64,000 nucleotides of DNA from the human T2T-CHM13v2.0 reference genome, Homo sapiens: the NCBI RefSeq assembly GCF_009914755.1, contig NC_060946.1; one strand, given 5' to 3'. The notes below the pieces were generated by a model. It made no database searches, was not told the DNA's origin, and saw nothing but the letters and a program-made list of their open reading frames with translations. Numbering within the stretch: the first letter of the stretch is position 1; the number at the start of each line of letters is the position of its first letter. A program made the translations under genes and the position numbers. Shown here piece after piece: positions 61,969-64,000 of the stretch.

Positions 61969-64000
<2,032 letters not shown>

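Overview
Primate (almost certainly human) genomic DNA, GC-rich and extremely Alu-dense (about 70-75 Alu copies or fragments by eye). The only supportable protein-coding sequence is the first coding exon of NFAM1 (minus strand, 9192-9312, signal peptide MENQPVRWRALPGLPRPPGLPAAPWLLLGVLLLPGTLRLAG). That places the window at the 5' end of NFAM1 (22q13.2, from recall). Bases 1-9191 are NFAM1 intron 1. The remaining ~55 kb is upstream/intergenic sequence made mostly of Alu, old L1, MaLR/ERVL/ERV1 LTRs, MIR and DNA-transposon remnants. Nearly all ORFs in the supplied track are Alu-derived or GC-rich noise. I found no evidence for a new protein-coding system. The best leads are regulatory or evolutionary: (1) a CpG-rich second promoter at ~14.6-15.1 kb with a canonical kB site, a CCAAT box and a minus-strand donor, which could give a leaderless NFAM1 isoform; (2) a chain of well-formed plus-strand exons suggesting a divergent spliced lncRNA; (3) a divergently oriented CTCF motif cluster; (4) a compact palindrome carrying tandem STAT6-type sites and an NF-kB site; (5) an internally deleted gamma-type ERV env remnant; (6) a five-fold nested MER21 LTR carrying a GAS/IRF composite motif. 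Repeat family names are from recalled consensus sequences and repeat boundaries are approximate.
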